NCBI GenBank assembly: GCA_030141605.1
Contig: JAQGDQ010000018.1
Coordinates: 1,275,804 to 1,339,803 of the forward strand
DNA length: 64,000 nucleotides
Source of the DNA: Tubiluchus corallicola
Taxonomy: Eukaryota > Animalia > Priapulida
Reading direction: 5' to 3'
The number at the start of each line of letters is the position of its first letter. Position 1 is the first letter of the stretch. The notes under the pieces are model-generated. The model did no database searches. It worked only from the letters and a program-made list of their open reading frames with translations, and was not told the origin of the DNA. This document shows positions 51,101 to 64,000 of the stretch, piece by piece. The position numbers were made by a program, and so were the translations under genes.

Positions 51101-54052
51101 TGCACACTACTCATTTCGGCTTCCAGTTGCTCTAGCATTATACTTGGTAAGTAAAAGAATAAATATTTCTGCTGATTTCTTTTTCTGTTTGTGTTTTTTC
51201 TTCCTTTGGAAACTACCATGGGTTGAGTCCTTTCAAATAGTAAATTGAATAAATTTTATGATGTAAGGAAACAGAAGGAATAGAAATGTCAAAAATGTTT
51301 CCAAGACTGCATTTGAGGCTTATCACATTTTTCAGCCATCTTGAACGTTATAAGAGAGCAACACTGTTTTACTAATATCAGGTTACTTCCTTTCGAGTTT
51401 TTAATACTTGCTTAACTAAATAGCTGATAGTTAAACTTTAATTTCTTTAATCATGCAAATGTGAATCTTTAGGCATAATTCTTGCTTTACATAAATGATG
51501 CATATTTATATATATATATGTGTGTATATATATTTAGGCTGACATTAATGATGAATCATCTCATGCTATTGCCGAAAAAATCCTGCTTAAAATGGGACAT
51601 TTTTTCCAAGTGCAGGTAAGTAGTTCTTACTTTAGAATTGTAACTACAGTAGGCACCGGTTAATAGACTCACGGTTAATAGACTCAGTCGCTTAATTCAC
51701 TCAAACGCCTGGAACGGGCCGCTTCTATTCAAATATACATAAAAACTATCAGTAATTGACTCGAGTAACTCCGCATAATTGACTCAATATTTTTTTTCAC
51801 CTACTTAAAATAAGATATTTGTATGTGCCCAAAGAGGCATTCCTACTTTTATGTCATCTTTACTTTCCCTTTGTGCACTATGTATACAGAAACAATCATG
51901 TTAAGTACTGTTTTGTTTGTAAGCAGGTACGTTTATCATGCACTAATATGCTAGTGTAGCTGTTTGCTTTGAATCTGTTACCCGCACGCCCACTGTTACC
52001 CAAGGAATTCCTGGAAGCTAAACATTTAATCACTTGCCTAGCAGTTTCCTTCTGATGCTCTTGTTGCAAATCACGCTTTCAGGCTTAATGAGTTAACAGT
52101 CAAAGATGCAGTTACGACATAATCAGTTGGCATTCCTTGTCACTTACAAGAGTAAACATCGTACAGCAAATAAGAACAATGTAAGTGAACAGATGATTCA
52201 GAACTGTTTTAGTCATGCACAACAACAGATTTTCAACGTTTTTATAATTATGAGAACTTTGTGGGCCAACTTCTTCGTGAGAAAATGAAGCAGCCGACTT
52301 TGAAGGAATTTTTACAAATAAACAGACTTAGAAAAGTCTGTGATTTAGAAAAGTATACTTTTTATTTTATTGCTAATTCACTTATATAAATTAATATTTT
52401 AAGATATTCGTTTCTAAAATTCATTAAAAACCTTTGCAGTGCATAGTAAGCTGATGACTCATACTTCTATACCTGTAATACTACACCCATTTATTAATAG
52501 GTCAGTCGGTTAATTGGGTCAAAACACGATGGTCCCAAAGTGAGTCTATTAAGTAGCACCTACTGTATATAACAATGGTTATAATTAAAGTAGTAGTTAA
52601 TCTGCTTCTTATCTGTAGGTGTGTATTATGTACTTTAACGTAGACCTTACAACTTAACAGTTATTTGGCGTTATCTTTGTGTTATGTGGGATATTCCAGG
52701 ATGACTTTCTAGATTGCTTTGGAGACTCGGTGGTCACTGGCAAAATAGGTACTGACATTGAAGACAACAAATGCAGTTGGATGATTGTTAAGGCACTGGA
52801 ACTATGTAGTGCTGAACAACTACAAATCATCAAGGTGAGTGCGCAAGGCTTAGTGTATGTCTGGATCAGCACCCAATTGCCTAGCATTAGACAGGACTTT
52901 ATTGATTCCTGTGGCATTAAGCGACCTTCCTGATTTTTTGTGCTGATACATTGCATATGTTTATAAAAGTGACTTAATTAGGCATATCTCTGGTAATGTA
53001 CAGGAAAAATATTTTTAGTACCAGATTATACAGAATTTCATGAAGACTAATATACAGTTATACTTGTGTTTGTCACTTGATTAAGTTTCTAATAGTTTAT
53101 GCAATCCAGCAACAGAACTTAAAAAGATTATTTAAGTGTATGTCTGGATCAGCACCCAATTGCCTAGCATTAGACAGGACTTTATTGATTCTTGTGACAT
53201 CAAGAGACCTTCCTCATTTTTTGTGCTGATACATTACATATGTTCGTAAAATTGACTTAATTAGGCATATCTCTGGTAATGTACAAGAAAAGTATTTTTA
53301 GTACGAGATTATACAGGATTTCGTGAAGATTAAGATACAATTATACTTGTGTTTTTCACTAGATTAAATTTCTAATAGTTTATGCAACCCAACAGCAGAA
53401 CCTAGAAAGACTAAGTTTTGAATGACTCCTGTATTGTGATCATCAAGAACGTGATTTTATAATCTTTTCATTTACACCATGCAGCTGAAGCTTTTTCACG
53501 AGCTGATGCCTGTTGCTACTGGTATTATGTACATCAAAATGAACTGTCGATATAGCTGACGTACTGACGTCACTAAGAATTTTCGTTAAGCTGCTACCCC
53601 TGCATGGTTTTTAACATTTTAGTTTCAATATTGGTTGTGACCTGTAACTGGAGTTAGCCCTGAGTACTTAATTTAAAATCAAAGACACACCCTTTGGATA
53701 AACCTTTGTTATGTTGTTTTTTTCTGGCACTTTAATTTTCAATAGTGTCTCTGGCTTTTCTCTATCCTTTGTATGAATTTATGAGCAACTAAACTATTGA
53801 CTTTTTAAGAAAATAATAAAATATGTTTGATTTTGTTAAAATAAATTGCAGAACAATTATGGAAAACATGATGCTACTTGTGCTGCAACAATAAAAACAG
53901 TTTACGATAATCTTGGACTGCAGCAAATCTACAAACAATATGAAAATTCCAGCTATCAGGAGTTGTGCCACATTATTGACACAGAATGTAATAAGCTGCC
54001 CAAGGATGTATTTTATGACTTTGCCAACAAGATTTATAAAAGGGTCAAATAA
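48149..54052 (+). CDS. FDPS: Farnesyl diphosphate synthase (trans-isoprenyl diphosphate synthase), 351 aa; in-frame upstream ATG at 48092
   Basis: Exons 48149-48295, 48657-48721, 49472-49544, 49761-49841, 50120-50242, 50994-51146, 51538-51615, 52700-52834, 53852-54052 (1056 nt). Motifs: [30 protein letters not shown] followed by [54 protein letters not shown]-terminal IYKRVK. Confidence 0.97.
51647..52565 (+). mobile_element. Non-autonomous pogo/Tigger-like (Tc1/mariner superfamily) DNA transposon in FDPS intron 7
   Basis: TA|CAGTAGGCACCGGTTAATAGACTCAC ... GTGAGTCTATTAAGTAGCACCTACTG|TA gives about 26-bp imperfect TIRs with a TA target duplication and subterminal TTAATxGACTCA repeats. Internal remnants [14 protein letters not shown] and KQPTLKEFL resemble pogo transposase C-termini. 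Confidence 0.85.
52852..53413. repeat. 283-bp tandem duplication in FDPS intron 8
   Basis: AGTGTATGTCTGGATCAGCACCCAATTGCCTAGCATTAGACAGG starts at 52852 and again at 53135; the copies align throughout with scattered substitutions. Confidence 0.95.
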
Positions 54053-54605
54053 TCAAAAAGCTAAATGTACTTAATTTTTTGCTAACTTCTTAACAAAAAA
54101 TTACAAGTGACATTAATATCAAATATTAGTGGACTACTGCTAGTAGTATCTTTATAATATGAGACGGTGGTTTGCACTTTAGTTATTGCATTTAGTTTGC
54201 ATTTGCTATCCTCTAGACTCTAATTAGAGATTTACCAAATATTGTACCACCAATGTCATCTTGTTTGTTGTAAACTAAGACTTTTTTTGGCACAGCTAAG
54301 ATGAGCATATCACAAAACTATAGCTAATGCAACTAGAATCTTATTCCAATATCACCCTAGGTGTTAATGCATAATTATGATGTTTGTTGTTGGTAAATTG
54401 TGCTTTAAAATAGCGATAACATGGTAAACTGTGCTCTCGGTGATTCCAACTAATTATATTAAATTTTTTACTGTGATTAATCAAAACAAAAATAGTCTAA
54501 TTAGTTAAAATCACTCTAATGTGAGTGATCTAACTTTGGAAATATACTGAATTTGATTGTCCAGCTATAAGGCTGAACTTTGGATTGGGGAAACTTCATT
54601 ATTGG

Positions 54606-54690
54606 GGAATAAGTTGGCCTAGTGGTTTAAAGTGTCTGCCTTGCGTTCGTGGTTTGGTGGTTGGGTTTATGAGTTCATGGACCTGTCTAA
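54606..54690 (+). mobile_element. Degenerate tRNA-derived SINE head
   Basis: A-box-like TGGCCTAGTGGTTTAAAGTGTCTGCCT and a decayed B-box-like GAGTTCA; no complete cloverleaf. Confidence 0.35.
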
Positions 54691-57383
54691 TAATGAAAGC
54701 AGAAGGCCCAATGTTGAAATTTAAACTGCATTCCATTTTTACATTTCCTGTCCTTCAAATTGGCATCTAAATTTATTAAGGGTTTTGTTCTATTAGTAAT
54801 AATAATAATTTTGACATTAAGATTATAATAACTAATTGCGTGATTAAACTAGCGTAATTATAAATTTTTCATATAATTTGCTTCATTCTTCAAGCAAAGA
54901 GAGACTGAAAGGGTTAGCCTATCAATAGTTGACTAAAGAGAATATATAATAAGTATTGAACAATTAGAGTTTTAGACTAATTTGGAAAATGTAGTTTATA
55001 AATTTTCTTATCACATATACAAATAAAATATTGGGTTGAATACTTGTAAACTATTTGTCTATACCTGTGAATTCCTATAGCAGCTGTAACATCCAAGATT
55101 TTGACTCTTAGGCCTTACATTTTTTGTGTACTTTTGTATGTACACATAATGATGTACATGTGACATTCTGGAAGAAAGCTAGATGCATCATGTTTGAATG
55201 AAATGTGTAACATTTAATGGAGAAATATCAGCATTCCTTAACACATTTAATTTAGCAAATACTAAATTGAGCACAAAAACTTTTATGGTAAATTGTTTAG
55301 GATTTAATTTTAAGGCTAGTACAAAATTGATGACCTGCTTTAAGTTACAAATGTGATTTGCAAAACCTTTCCATTCTAGAGTGCATACTCTATCTGTTTA
55401 ATATGACCAGCATATTTGTAATTCAGAGTCAGCCTCTGTGTCATTATAAATGAACGTGACAGCTCAGATTAGAATTTTTCAATTTGAAAACTCATTAAGT
55501 GGGAGCCCTCATTAATTTGCTTGATGTGAAAAATATGGCTATTTTATTATTGTTGTGAAAAATACCTAGTGTTTGTATGATAAATGCCAGTTTTCAGAAT
55601 TTTTATGGTTTGATGTGAATATTAAAGTACTTTATCATGTAGATATGATTTCTTTCCATTCTGTTGAGAGTGCAGTTAAACTGAACTAAAACGTAGTTTT
55701 CGTTCCTGGCATTTGGTTGTTTTTAGAAAGTTTCTTATCAGTCTACTGATTTTATTTAGTAATAATAATTATTAGTAGTAAACCTTTTCTATGAATTATT
55801 TCAATATATGTATTACTGAATATACATTTTAGGTTCAGCTGTTGTATTTTGATGCTAGGTAATTACAATTTTTGACCTTTTGAAAGCAATTTACTGAGCT
55901 GAGTCATTTCTTAAAATTGCCAAAACTGCCATAAAATCAAGTTTATATTATTTTGTATGTATTTCTTACTGTTACTATGAATTAAAAATTTTATTTTTAA
56001 CAATATCATTTATTCTTGTTATTAATTCTTCAGTTGTGTTCTACTCTTGGATACTGCATGTGAAAAATTGCTTGAGATAAATTTGCTGGGTCTTAATTTA
56101 GAACGAAAGTATGCAGCTTTCAGTGGTAAATTAAAATTCTCGGTGTGATACTCAATTACAAAGTTAAACAATGTCCTGTCTAATAAATGTTTTGTTGACC
56201 TTTGAAAAACTAGTTTCATGTGCTTTCATTTGCGTTCTCTTAAGGTTATTTCTCTCATCGAGGGAGGAGGTATATCACTGTGTGGTTAAGATACGTAATC
56301 CATGCTGATTCAGTGTATCATCTGTTTGATAGTGAACTAGAGTTTGGTCCTGCTACAACCATATCAACAATCATTAGGGTTTGTATTGTAAGCTTGGTAC
56401 AGCGGCTTACAGTATGCTGGACGCAGTTTAAATAAAAAAGAGAAATTGTGAGTTTGACTCTCCAGCTGAAATCATGATCATCAGCATCGTCAAGGACAAT
56501 AACAACAACAGTAACTACAGCAGCAATGTGCTTAAGCAATAAAAACGGCTTCATTTAACATAAAGCAACTTTCATTTGAGTCAAAAAGTCCTGTTTTTAT
56601 GTTTGTGCATGCGCAATGAGTTAGCCCGTTTTAACTCATCTACCCTTTGCTCTAATTACGGCATGTGCATCAATTTAATCACTTCTGTCTCTAATCATTT
56701 CCTTTCTCTGACAAGAATATTTTATTGCGGCCCATCTACGTCATAAAAATGCTCATTTAAAACGAATTAATTAGTTGGACGTTTGTTCGACAACACAGTT
56801 TTATGTTTATGGGAATGATATTCTGCAATTCGTACTCGTGGTCAAAGCCTAATTTCTCAAATTTATGTGTATTTAATCTGAATCTGGCGACTCGCATATT
56901 GCTGCTCTGATTGCCCGAGACGATCAGTGTGGCGCCTGCAAGTTTTGGCGGGCGTTTCGTATGCTAAAAAAATTAATGGTGGCTGATCCATGCGTGTATT
57001 CGTATGCCTTTTTCTCTATCAGAGATGGAATGTCAGTATTACTGTCTGCTGGTGCCTGAGCGTCACCGTCTCCTCACTATAAAAACGCTTAACTGACATG
57101 CATTCACAATATATGTGTGTGCACGCTATTTGAGCGAGCGGCATTGTAAATGTGCGCTTCATAAAGTCGCATGCATAGAAACTTGAGCTACAAGCGTTAG
57201 ATATAATATTTAATCGCCTATTTATTCAGCCTACTAGGTATTAATGCTGTGACAAGACCTAAGACAAATAAGTTACTAATACCAACCGTGATCTGTTGAG
57301 GCCCTAAAGAAGTCCCAGAGCTGGCTTGTTTACAACCTTACTGAGCGAGAAAAATGTCATGTGCTAGTATAGCAGAGCAAAGA

Positions 57384-57452
57384 CAGTCTCACTTCCTTTT
57401 ACTAATCAAGTTCAGGGCTGCTTGGCAGTTTGACCACTCAGCTGCTCCGCTC
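57384..57452 (-). mobile_element. 5S-like segment preceded by a tRNA A-box-like motif (SINE remnant)
   Basis: Minus strand: AGCTGAGTGGTCAAACTGCCAAGCAGCCCTGAACTTGATTAGTAAAAGGAAGTGAGACTG. It shares the non-canonical AGTAAAAGGAAG with the copy at 40.7 kb. Confidence 0.45.
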
Positions 57453-57875
57453 GCTGTCAACTACCTCAATCTGTCGTGCTAGATTCTCCCTGAAAATTTC
57501 AATGCTCGTTTGGCTTTATTTGCTGAATCGTTTCACTTTTAGAATTGTTCATGTATGTTAGTTTGATGGCTGATTACTAACCATCAAATGTGTAATAGTC
57601 AAAGGAAGAAATTGTTTTTGAAAACTTGTAACAGAGAGAAGAAATTTAGTATCCCTAGTAGTTTTCAATGGGTGGTGGTCTCATTGCATGGACGCGATTG
57701 AATACCATCAGTTTTGAAAGTTATTGCCAATTGTGTTTTATATTGTGATTTAAAAGTTCTGGGAATATTGGTTATGTATTACATGCAGTCTGCTCTGAAG
57801 TCAAATTCGCTCTGTCGGCGAAACGTGCGGTAGTCAGTTATAGTTTAGTTTTGTTCTCGTATGTAGTAAAGTATT

Positions 57876-58808
57876 TTAAGTTATTTACTAATATGAGGAG
57901 GTTATCCCCATATCTACAAATTTTGAGGTGTAAGTTTGCACCATCCATGCAATTTTTTGCTATGCTGTGTTGAATATAAGGCTTGAGAATAGCAATGTCT
58001 CCTATTTCGTGAAGAAAATAAGTATTTCGTGTAGAAAAATGCAATGAATTGCAAAATAACGTATCTTCGACCAGATAACGCTGACTAGCTAGCCAAGGTC
58101 ACATGATTAGGCAATGTGCTGACAATAATGATTCGACAGCTAATGCCATAGCGTTCATAGCTGCAGTCCCCCGGATTCGGGCAAACACATGATGAAAAAA
58201 AAAGAAAATTCATAAAGGAAATCTCTAAATTTCCCCATGTCGCCAAATGAAGTGCCCAAAATCCGGGCATTTTTTGATCATGGGCTGGGATGAGGCAATT
58301 CCCGATTCGAAGTTGGCCCTGAATTTTTCGAGCAAAAGTGGTTCAATCCACGCAGAAAAATCGGCCCTCCTCATATGGTCCGTACACCTATGGCTAATGC
58401 AATGCATTAGCTTGTGAGATTTTGTTCCACATTTCTATAAATTCAATTTAAATTTTATAAAACGTGTTTATTTTATTTTTTACAATCAGTGCATACCGCG
58501 GATAATTTCACTGGATAAAATAAAATGGAAAGCGTAGCAAACTGTGACTTATAACTGTCATAATTTCAAGGGTGATTTGCAAAACGTCGATCTTCAATTG
58601 ATTTTTCATTCTTTCATAAAGATTTATCGCAAATTTCAAAACATAAGCAAACAAACTCCAAGTGATCTCCTAAAAACTATGAAGTACATATAATCTATCC
58701 AGCCTCACTGTTTTCATAATAACAAAAAAATTTAAAATTTCTGAAAAGCAGTTTTCACTTGGATATGACACTTAATTTACAGGTAAGCTCCTCATATGGT
58801 ACACTTAA
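57876..58808. mobile_element. Candidate TTAA-flanked non-autonomous DNA transposon (Kolobok/piggyBac-like)
   Basis: Left TTAAGTTATTTACTAATATGAGGAGGTTA versus the reverse complement of the right end TTAAGTGTACCATATGAGGAGCTTA. A third copy of the CTCCTCATATGG motif lies at about 58367-58378; the interior is GC-richer. Confidence 0.4.
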
Positions 58809-58919
58809 ATAGTTCTTTTTCAAACGTACACCGTATGCGTGATTCACACGCATAAACTATGTGTATTATAATGCTTATGCATTCTAGCTATTATAAAAAA
58901 ATTAGTAGCCAAGTTTTAC

Positions 58920-59460
58920 AGTTTTTGAGTTATAAGTGACCTTTGACTTTAAATCACTCGTTCAAGGTCATAGATCACGTACTCTGAAATCTGCTCCCTC
59001 GTCGCTAATACATGTTACATAAATTTTGTTGTCCAGCTCTAATTTTTACAGTTCTTGAGTTGTAAATGCCTTTGACCTTCAAGTATTATTCAAGGTCACC
59101 GATCTTCTCTCTGTCCCCAATCTGTTTATATAAGTTACCCAAGTTTGATTGTCCATTTCTTTACTCTTAACTTTTATGTTGTAAATAATCTTTGACCTTG
59201 AGTCAACCATTCAATATCACTGATTACTTCACTAAGATCAGTCTCCATTCGCTAATACAACTTACACAAGTTTCCTTGACCAACTTCTTATAGTTTTTTA
59301 GTTGTGAATGTTACAGTCTTTTAGTTGTAGACCTCAAATCATCCGGTCAAGGAAACAACCTTTTCAGCAAACACTTCAGTAAAATGTCTCTCACTTTCTG
59401 TAAATACCTAAAAAGTTTTGTTACCTAATTGAGCACGGTTTCTGAGTTGTGATCCTATTT
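58920..59460. repeat. Diverged about 120-130-bp tandem array with TGACCTT...CAAGGTCA inverted motifs
   Basis: About 4 units, each with (GA)GTTRTAA...CTTTGACYTT...TTCAAGGTCA...GATC...AAGTTT...TGTCCA. Confidence 0.75.
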
Positions 59461-62400
59461 CCTGTTAAGTGGACTCGTAGCACTTCTGAGGAGCCTAGAC
59501 TAAAAATTAGGAGCATATATAAACGTTGAATTATTTTCGGAAGAGCTAATTTACTTAATTTACAAACAATTGCGACCTTGCTAGCTAAAACGCAGTTATC
59601 AAAGTGTGCAGTTATGAAGCTCTGTGCTTTATATGCAGTGCAAAACTTTCAATTTGTAATGGTTTTCCTGCTGATATAGCTGAAAAGACCTCCTTTCGTT
59701 GTAATAATGACTAATTCGTAAAAGATATGAAAGATATTATTTCAAAGCTTGATCTAGTCCTGTTAATAATTTAGAAAGTAATAACGAAATCCCCAAAGAT
59801 TTTCAGTCTATACTTATGTGTGGTGTTTTTTATATCACTTAGCTAATCGAACAAAATTTGTCATTTTAATATTTATCTTTCACAAGTTTAACATTAATAG
59901 TACGTGTACATTTTCATAAATTATAGCATTACTTTAATATTAACGTTCAGCTGAAACTTTGCCCGTTTTACGTGTGAACTGAGTTAATTTTGGATTTGGG
60001 ATCACTCTTCCATCTGAAAGGGTAATGAGGTTGCAGGCGCTTAATACGCGAGCCCCGATGTAACAAGCCGGAAGGCAAAGCATTGGGTTACTCGCTTATT
60101 GAGTTTTCCTGCCCAAGTGCCTAGATACATCCGTTAAACTTAAACACCGTTTATTGTTGCCATGCAATTTTGTGAATATGTTATTTAGAACGCCATTTAG
60201 CGTTACTACAGATTCGGTTTTAGGCCTATCACAACCGCGGAGTAACTCTATTGCGACGTCACAACATAAAAAGTATTACGTGAACGAGAACGAGACCGGT
60301 TTCACTGCGGAAGCAATCTATTTATAAAGTTTCGTCGCAGGCGAGTAGCCCAAAAAGATAACGTGCAGCAATTACAAAAAAGAACAAAAATACAGTTCCT
60401 GTAAAAAACTAAACAAGCTATTATAGCAGTAAATGAAAACAGCTATAAAATAAAACAAAAGAATGCACACCAAAATTTTTTAGAACAATGCCAGATCAAG
60501 TTGACATATTTGTAAGTGTTATATGTATTGTATGTCAAACACAATATAGCATCTAACTCCAACTATATTAAGTGGAAATAGAATGTTCTTATGAAAACTT
60601 CTAACGTTTCTAGTTTATTGCAAAGTTATAACTGCATGGCTGCCTTTCTGTAAAATGGCTCAATTACCTGTCGCTATGCTAAAAAATAATACGGCAAACA
60701 AGTTATTTATTTGCGACCATCGCGCCTTGCGCCATAATTCTGATGATATACGGCCTGATTAGAGAAGACTTTACTGCAGAATAACTTTATTGTTCTCTCC
60801 CAGCTTGCAAGAATGCTGACGTATATTTGGAAATATGGTGGCAAATATATGAGGCTGTTCCCATTACAGGACACGCAAGATTATTATCAGCATCAATTGC
60901 GCGACAAGGAGCAACATTAAATGTGAAAAAATACTCCTGACATTTATTTCTTCATCCAGAAATTCGACCGCTGCTTTCGGCTAGGTCAGGATAACTAATG
61001 CGGCGTAATATTTCTTTTGCGAATTCTTAATTAAAGCAGTAGAGTAGTTTAGACATCTTGCGTTTCTGCTTTACAATTCGTTCGCACCCTAGAGTTAATA
61101 ACTGAATTCTGATAATTGCAAATTAATGTTAATAGAAAAATATCAGGCTAATTATAAGATTCGTAGGTTTAAGCTACTGAGCGATCCGAATTTTGTGGCT
61201 ATTCAATTTCGCACAATTGTATATCAGTTATTTGCATTGTATATCAATCTTTCCAGATGATTTATCATTTATACATCTATTAATTTGACCTATTTTATAA
61301 CCAGCTTGGTTACAGGTATTACAAATGTATTAAGACTTTAAAGGGCTTTAAATTAGGTGATGCGATAATACTAAGATCTTTATGTCCATTTACAATTTGT
61401 AGCGGTTGGCTATTAATGGTATAATATTATGCACAATCAGCAGTAGGTCTTATTCTTAGAGTTGCATATTAAACTGATTTTTGGTACATACAAGTATGCC
61501 CAGACCCCAGAGCCTGCTCTCCCGCTTCCACGGGTAGGCTTGGTATTGCAGTACTTCTAGAATCGGCCCACTCCCTCGGGTAGAATAATTAAATCAAAAG
61601 ATATTTGTATTAAATTAGACGTATGTAATAAAAATGATAAATTTCGCTAAAGAATCTACCACAAGTAGTAGTAGCTTTTTGCTTGTAATTAACTACTGGT
61701 AGGTTGATGGTTGCCAGGATGAAATGATGCTAAAAGTTTTTTATGTCAAACACAACATCAAAGGACAAAAAAGTGAAAAAACCCTTTACTCACATAAAGC
61801 TAAAAAGATTTGTCTTGAAATTTTGTATTACCGACATACTGTCGTATTGCGCATAAAGCTTGTATTAGCAGCAATACTAAAACTTAAAATTTAAATCCCC
61901 GGGAAGACCGCTAGGTGCAGACATTTTGACGACAGGTCATCCGAAATAAGTTTAAATGACGTTTCCTGAAGTTTGAAAAAATAATCAAAGCATTCATGTC
62001 GCACACTTCACTAAAAAAGCAAAAGTATAAATTACTTCATCTTGTCAATAAGATTTTAATCTACAGTCACTAAACTTTTTCAATAAAATTATGTTTCTGA
62101 AATCACAGTACCAAAAAATACGGAAACTAAAAAAGTTAAAATATCGTAATATGTTTTTGGTGAGTCGATGACGCACACTGGGAAGGTGAGTCACTGATGT
62201 TCCGACCATTTGGCCCGAACATTTTAAATTACTAAGCATTTTCTTTTCTACTAACGTAATCTTTTCAAACAGGCAAACATAATGCAAAGTACTATAACTT
62301 TGTGTGGAAAGTTACAACAGGACGTACTTTACAACTGCCTATTCTTCCCATTTTACGACATTCTAAAACAAATACGACACATTAATCTAAATGATGGTTT

Positions 62401-63771
62401 ATCTCATAAAATAATATTTGGCCGACTTACCACATTACTTCACTGCATAAGATATGAAGTAATTTGATTCTTTTTTATTTATTTTGCACTGAAACAGTTT
62501 GCTGAAAAGTAGTAAAATTAACAACGAATTAATTTGGTACATTTTTAAATTCGATGTGTCACTTGCAATTATATGCAAAACACGCAACTTTTCAGTGTTG
62601 TGTATTTTGAGATACGTTTGTGTTTTTGCGACGTTTTTCACATTTGGTTTTTATTGTTTAGCGTTTTAGCGATTCTCTTTTAAATCATATGATTCATTTC
62701 CAAAAATAGCCTGCCTTGTCCCTAAAAGGTATAATACACGATGTTGTGCTGAAATGCTGAGTTAATTTTTATTTGCTATAATGGGATATTTTTTTACTCT
62801 TCTCATTCTTGACCCGTAAATTTTTTTGGTTTGTATATAGATGTATATTCGTGAGGGTTGACAAGATATGCACGATCGCAGTAAAACACTAATTCAGTTT
62901 CGGAATTATTTTCCCATTATCTATTATAAACTTGAAACGTGTAGGAAAAATTCCCTTTAATGTCGTATCAGTTTTACGTGTGCAGTGCTTTAAACAGAGT
63001 TATATCCTCTTAGTTAGTCATAAACACGTGGAAATATTTTGCAGAAAATTACAATAAGCTTCTTTAAAAGAAGATGTGCCGCGATACGACAAGGCTAGCA
63101 TCTTTTGCACATGAATAATACATGTGAATAAAAGGATTTTAGGATTTTCTCAAAATATGTTTTCAGGTTATGATCAGCTCAGTCTTATATGGCGGCAAGA
63201 GGATTTTTATGAACGCAATATCATTACCCATGTTGACAGATAGTAACTGTGTAACGTTATCGAGAAGTTTTAAACCGCAGACAGAAATATTTTCTGTGTT
63301 TTAATTGTTTTAACCCAAAGCTCAGTTCTCCAAATCGAGCGAAAATGTAGTTTTGATAAGAATTGTAGAGTATTTATATAAAACTAGACGCATGTTCGTG
63401 AAATTTTGACCGTCTAGTTTCTCATTTTAAATTTTGCGAGTCGTCTATTTTCAGGACAGTGTTGTTGAATCAGATTTGATTAATTGGATGTTCTTTAGAT
63501 TTAGACCTATGCTGTACGTATAACCTGTATTTGGCGTGATAAAATCACCTTAAATTTTATCGTGAATACAGCTGTTGTAAGAATTCACATTTTTTTACTC
63601 ATTAAATTTAGATTTTTATTTTAGTTAAATTGTTACCCTTTAAATTTATTTCTGCACATTTATGCTATTTTTTATTTTATTTGTGCCATTTTTTGCGCAT
63701 TTACTTTTGGAATGCGTTTATGAAATTAATATAAATAGCCAAACCCCACAAAAAGAATTTTGTGCACAAAT

Positions 63772-64000
63772 CAACACACAACCCACACCACACCACTCCA
63801 CCTCATCACACCACACTGCACCACACCATACCACTCCACCTCATCGCACCACACTGCACCACACAATACCACCACACCGCACCACACCATACCACCTACA
63901 CACCACACCACCCACACCATACCACTCCACCACATCACATCACACTGCACCACACCATACCACTGCACCACCCACGCACCACACCACACCACCCACACCA
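63772..64000. repeat. Degenerate (CACCA)n pentanucleotide satellite running off the window edge
   Basis: CACCA/CATCA/CTCCA/CTGCA/TACCA variants in a 5-bp register. Confidence 0.95.

Noticed and set aside
54606-54690. tRNA gene
   Set aside because: Only an A-box-like part; no cloverleaf or intact T-arm, so treated as a SINE remnant.
63168-63245. Acceptor followed by a short open frame (YDQLSLIWRQEDFYERNIITHVDR*)
   Set aside because: Isolated, with no upstream exons or homology identified.
63771-63998. 75-aa Trp/Val/Cys/Gly-rich minus-strand ORF
   Set aside because: It is a translation of the (CACCA)n satellite.

Overview
AT-rich eukaryotic (animal, probably invertebrate) genomic DNA with GT-AG spliceosomal introns, so the ORF track shows only exon fragments. 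I reconstructed three phase-consistent genes by hand. (1) A RIPOR/FAM65-family gene on + (about 4620/10008-29977, 20 exons, about 1033 aa). (2) BDP1 (TFIIIB B'' subunit) on - (44837-33559, 12 coding exons, about 915 aa), convergent with RIPOR. (3) Farnesyl-diphosphate synthase FDPS on + (48149-54052, 9 exons, 351 aa), divergent from BDP1. Introns and intergenic DNA hold LINE remnants, a pogo/Tigger-like non-autonomous element, SINE-like pieces and tandem or inverted repeats; 54-64 kb has no gene I can support. Most interesting: a candidate cluster of 9-, 11-, 13- and 24-nt microexons in RIPOR, in which the 11- and 13-nt exons keep frame only together; an FDPS with Asp instead of the aromatic chain-length residue at FARM -5, plus a possible mitochondrial leader; and 5S-rRNA-like SINE fragments. 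I found no evidence for a wholly new multi-gene system. Homology calls are from remembered family motifs, not database searches.
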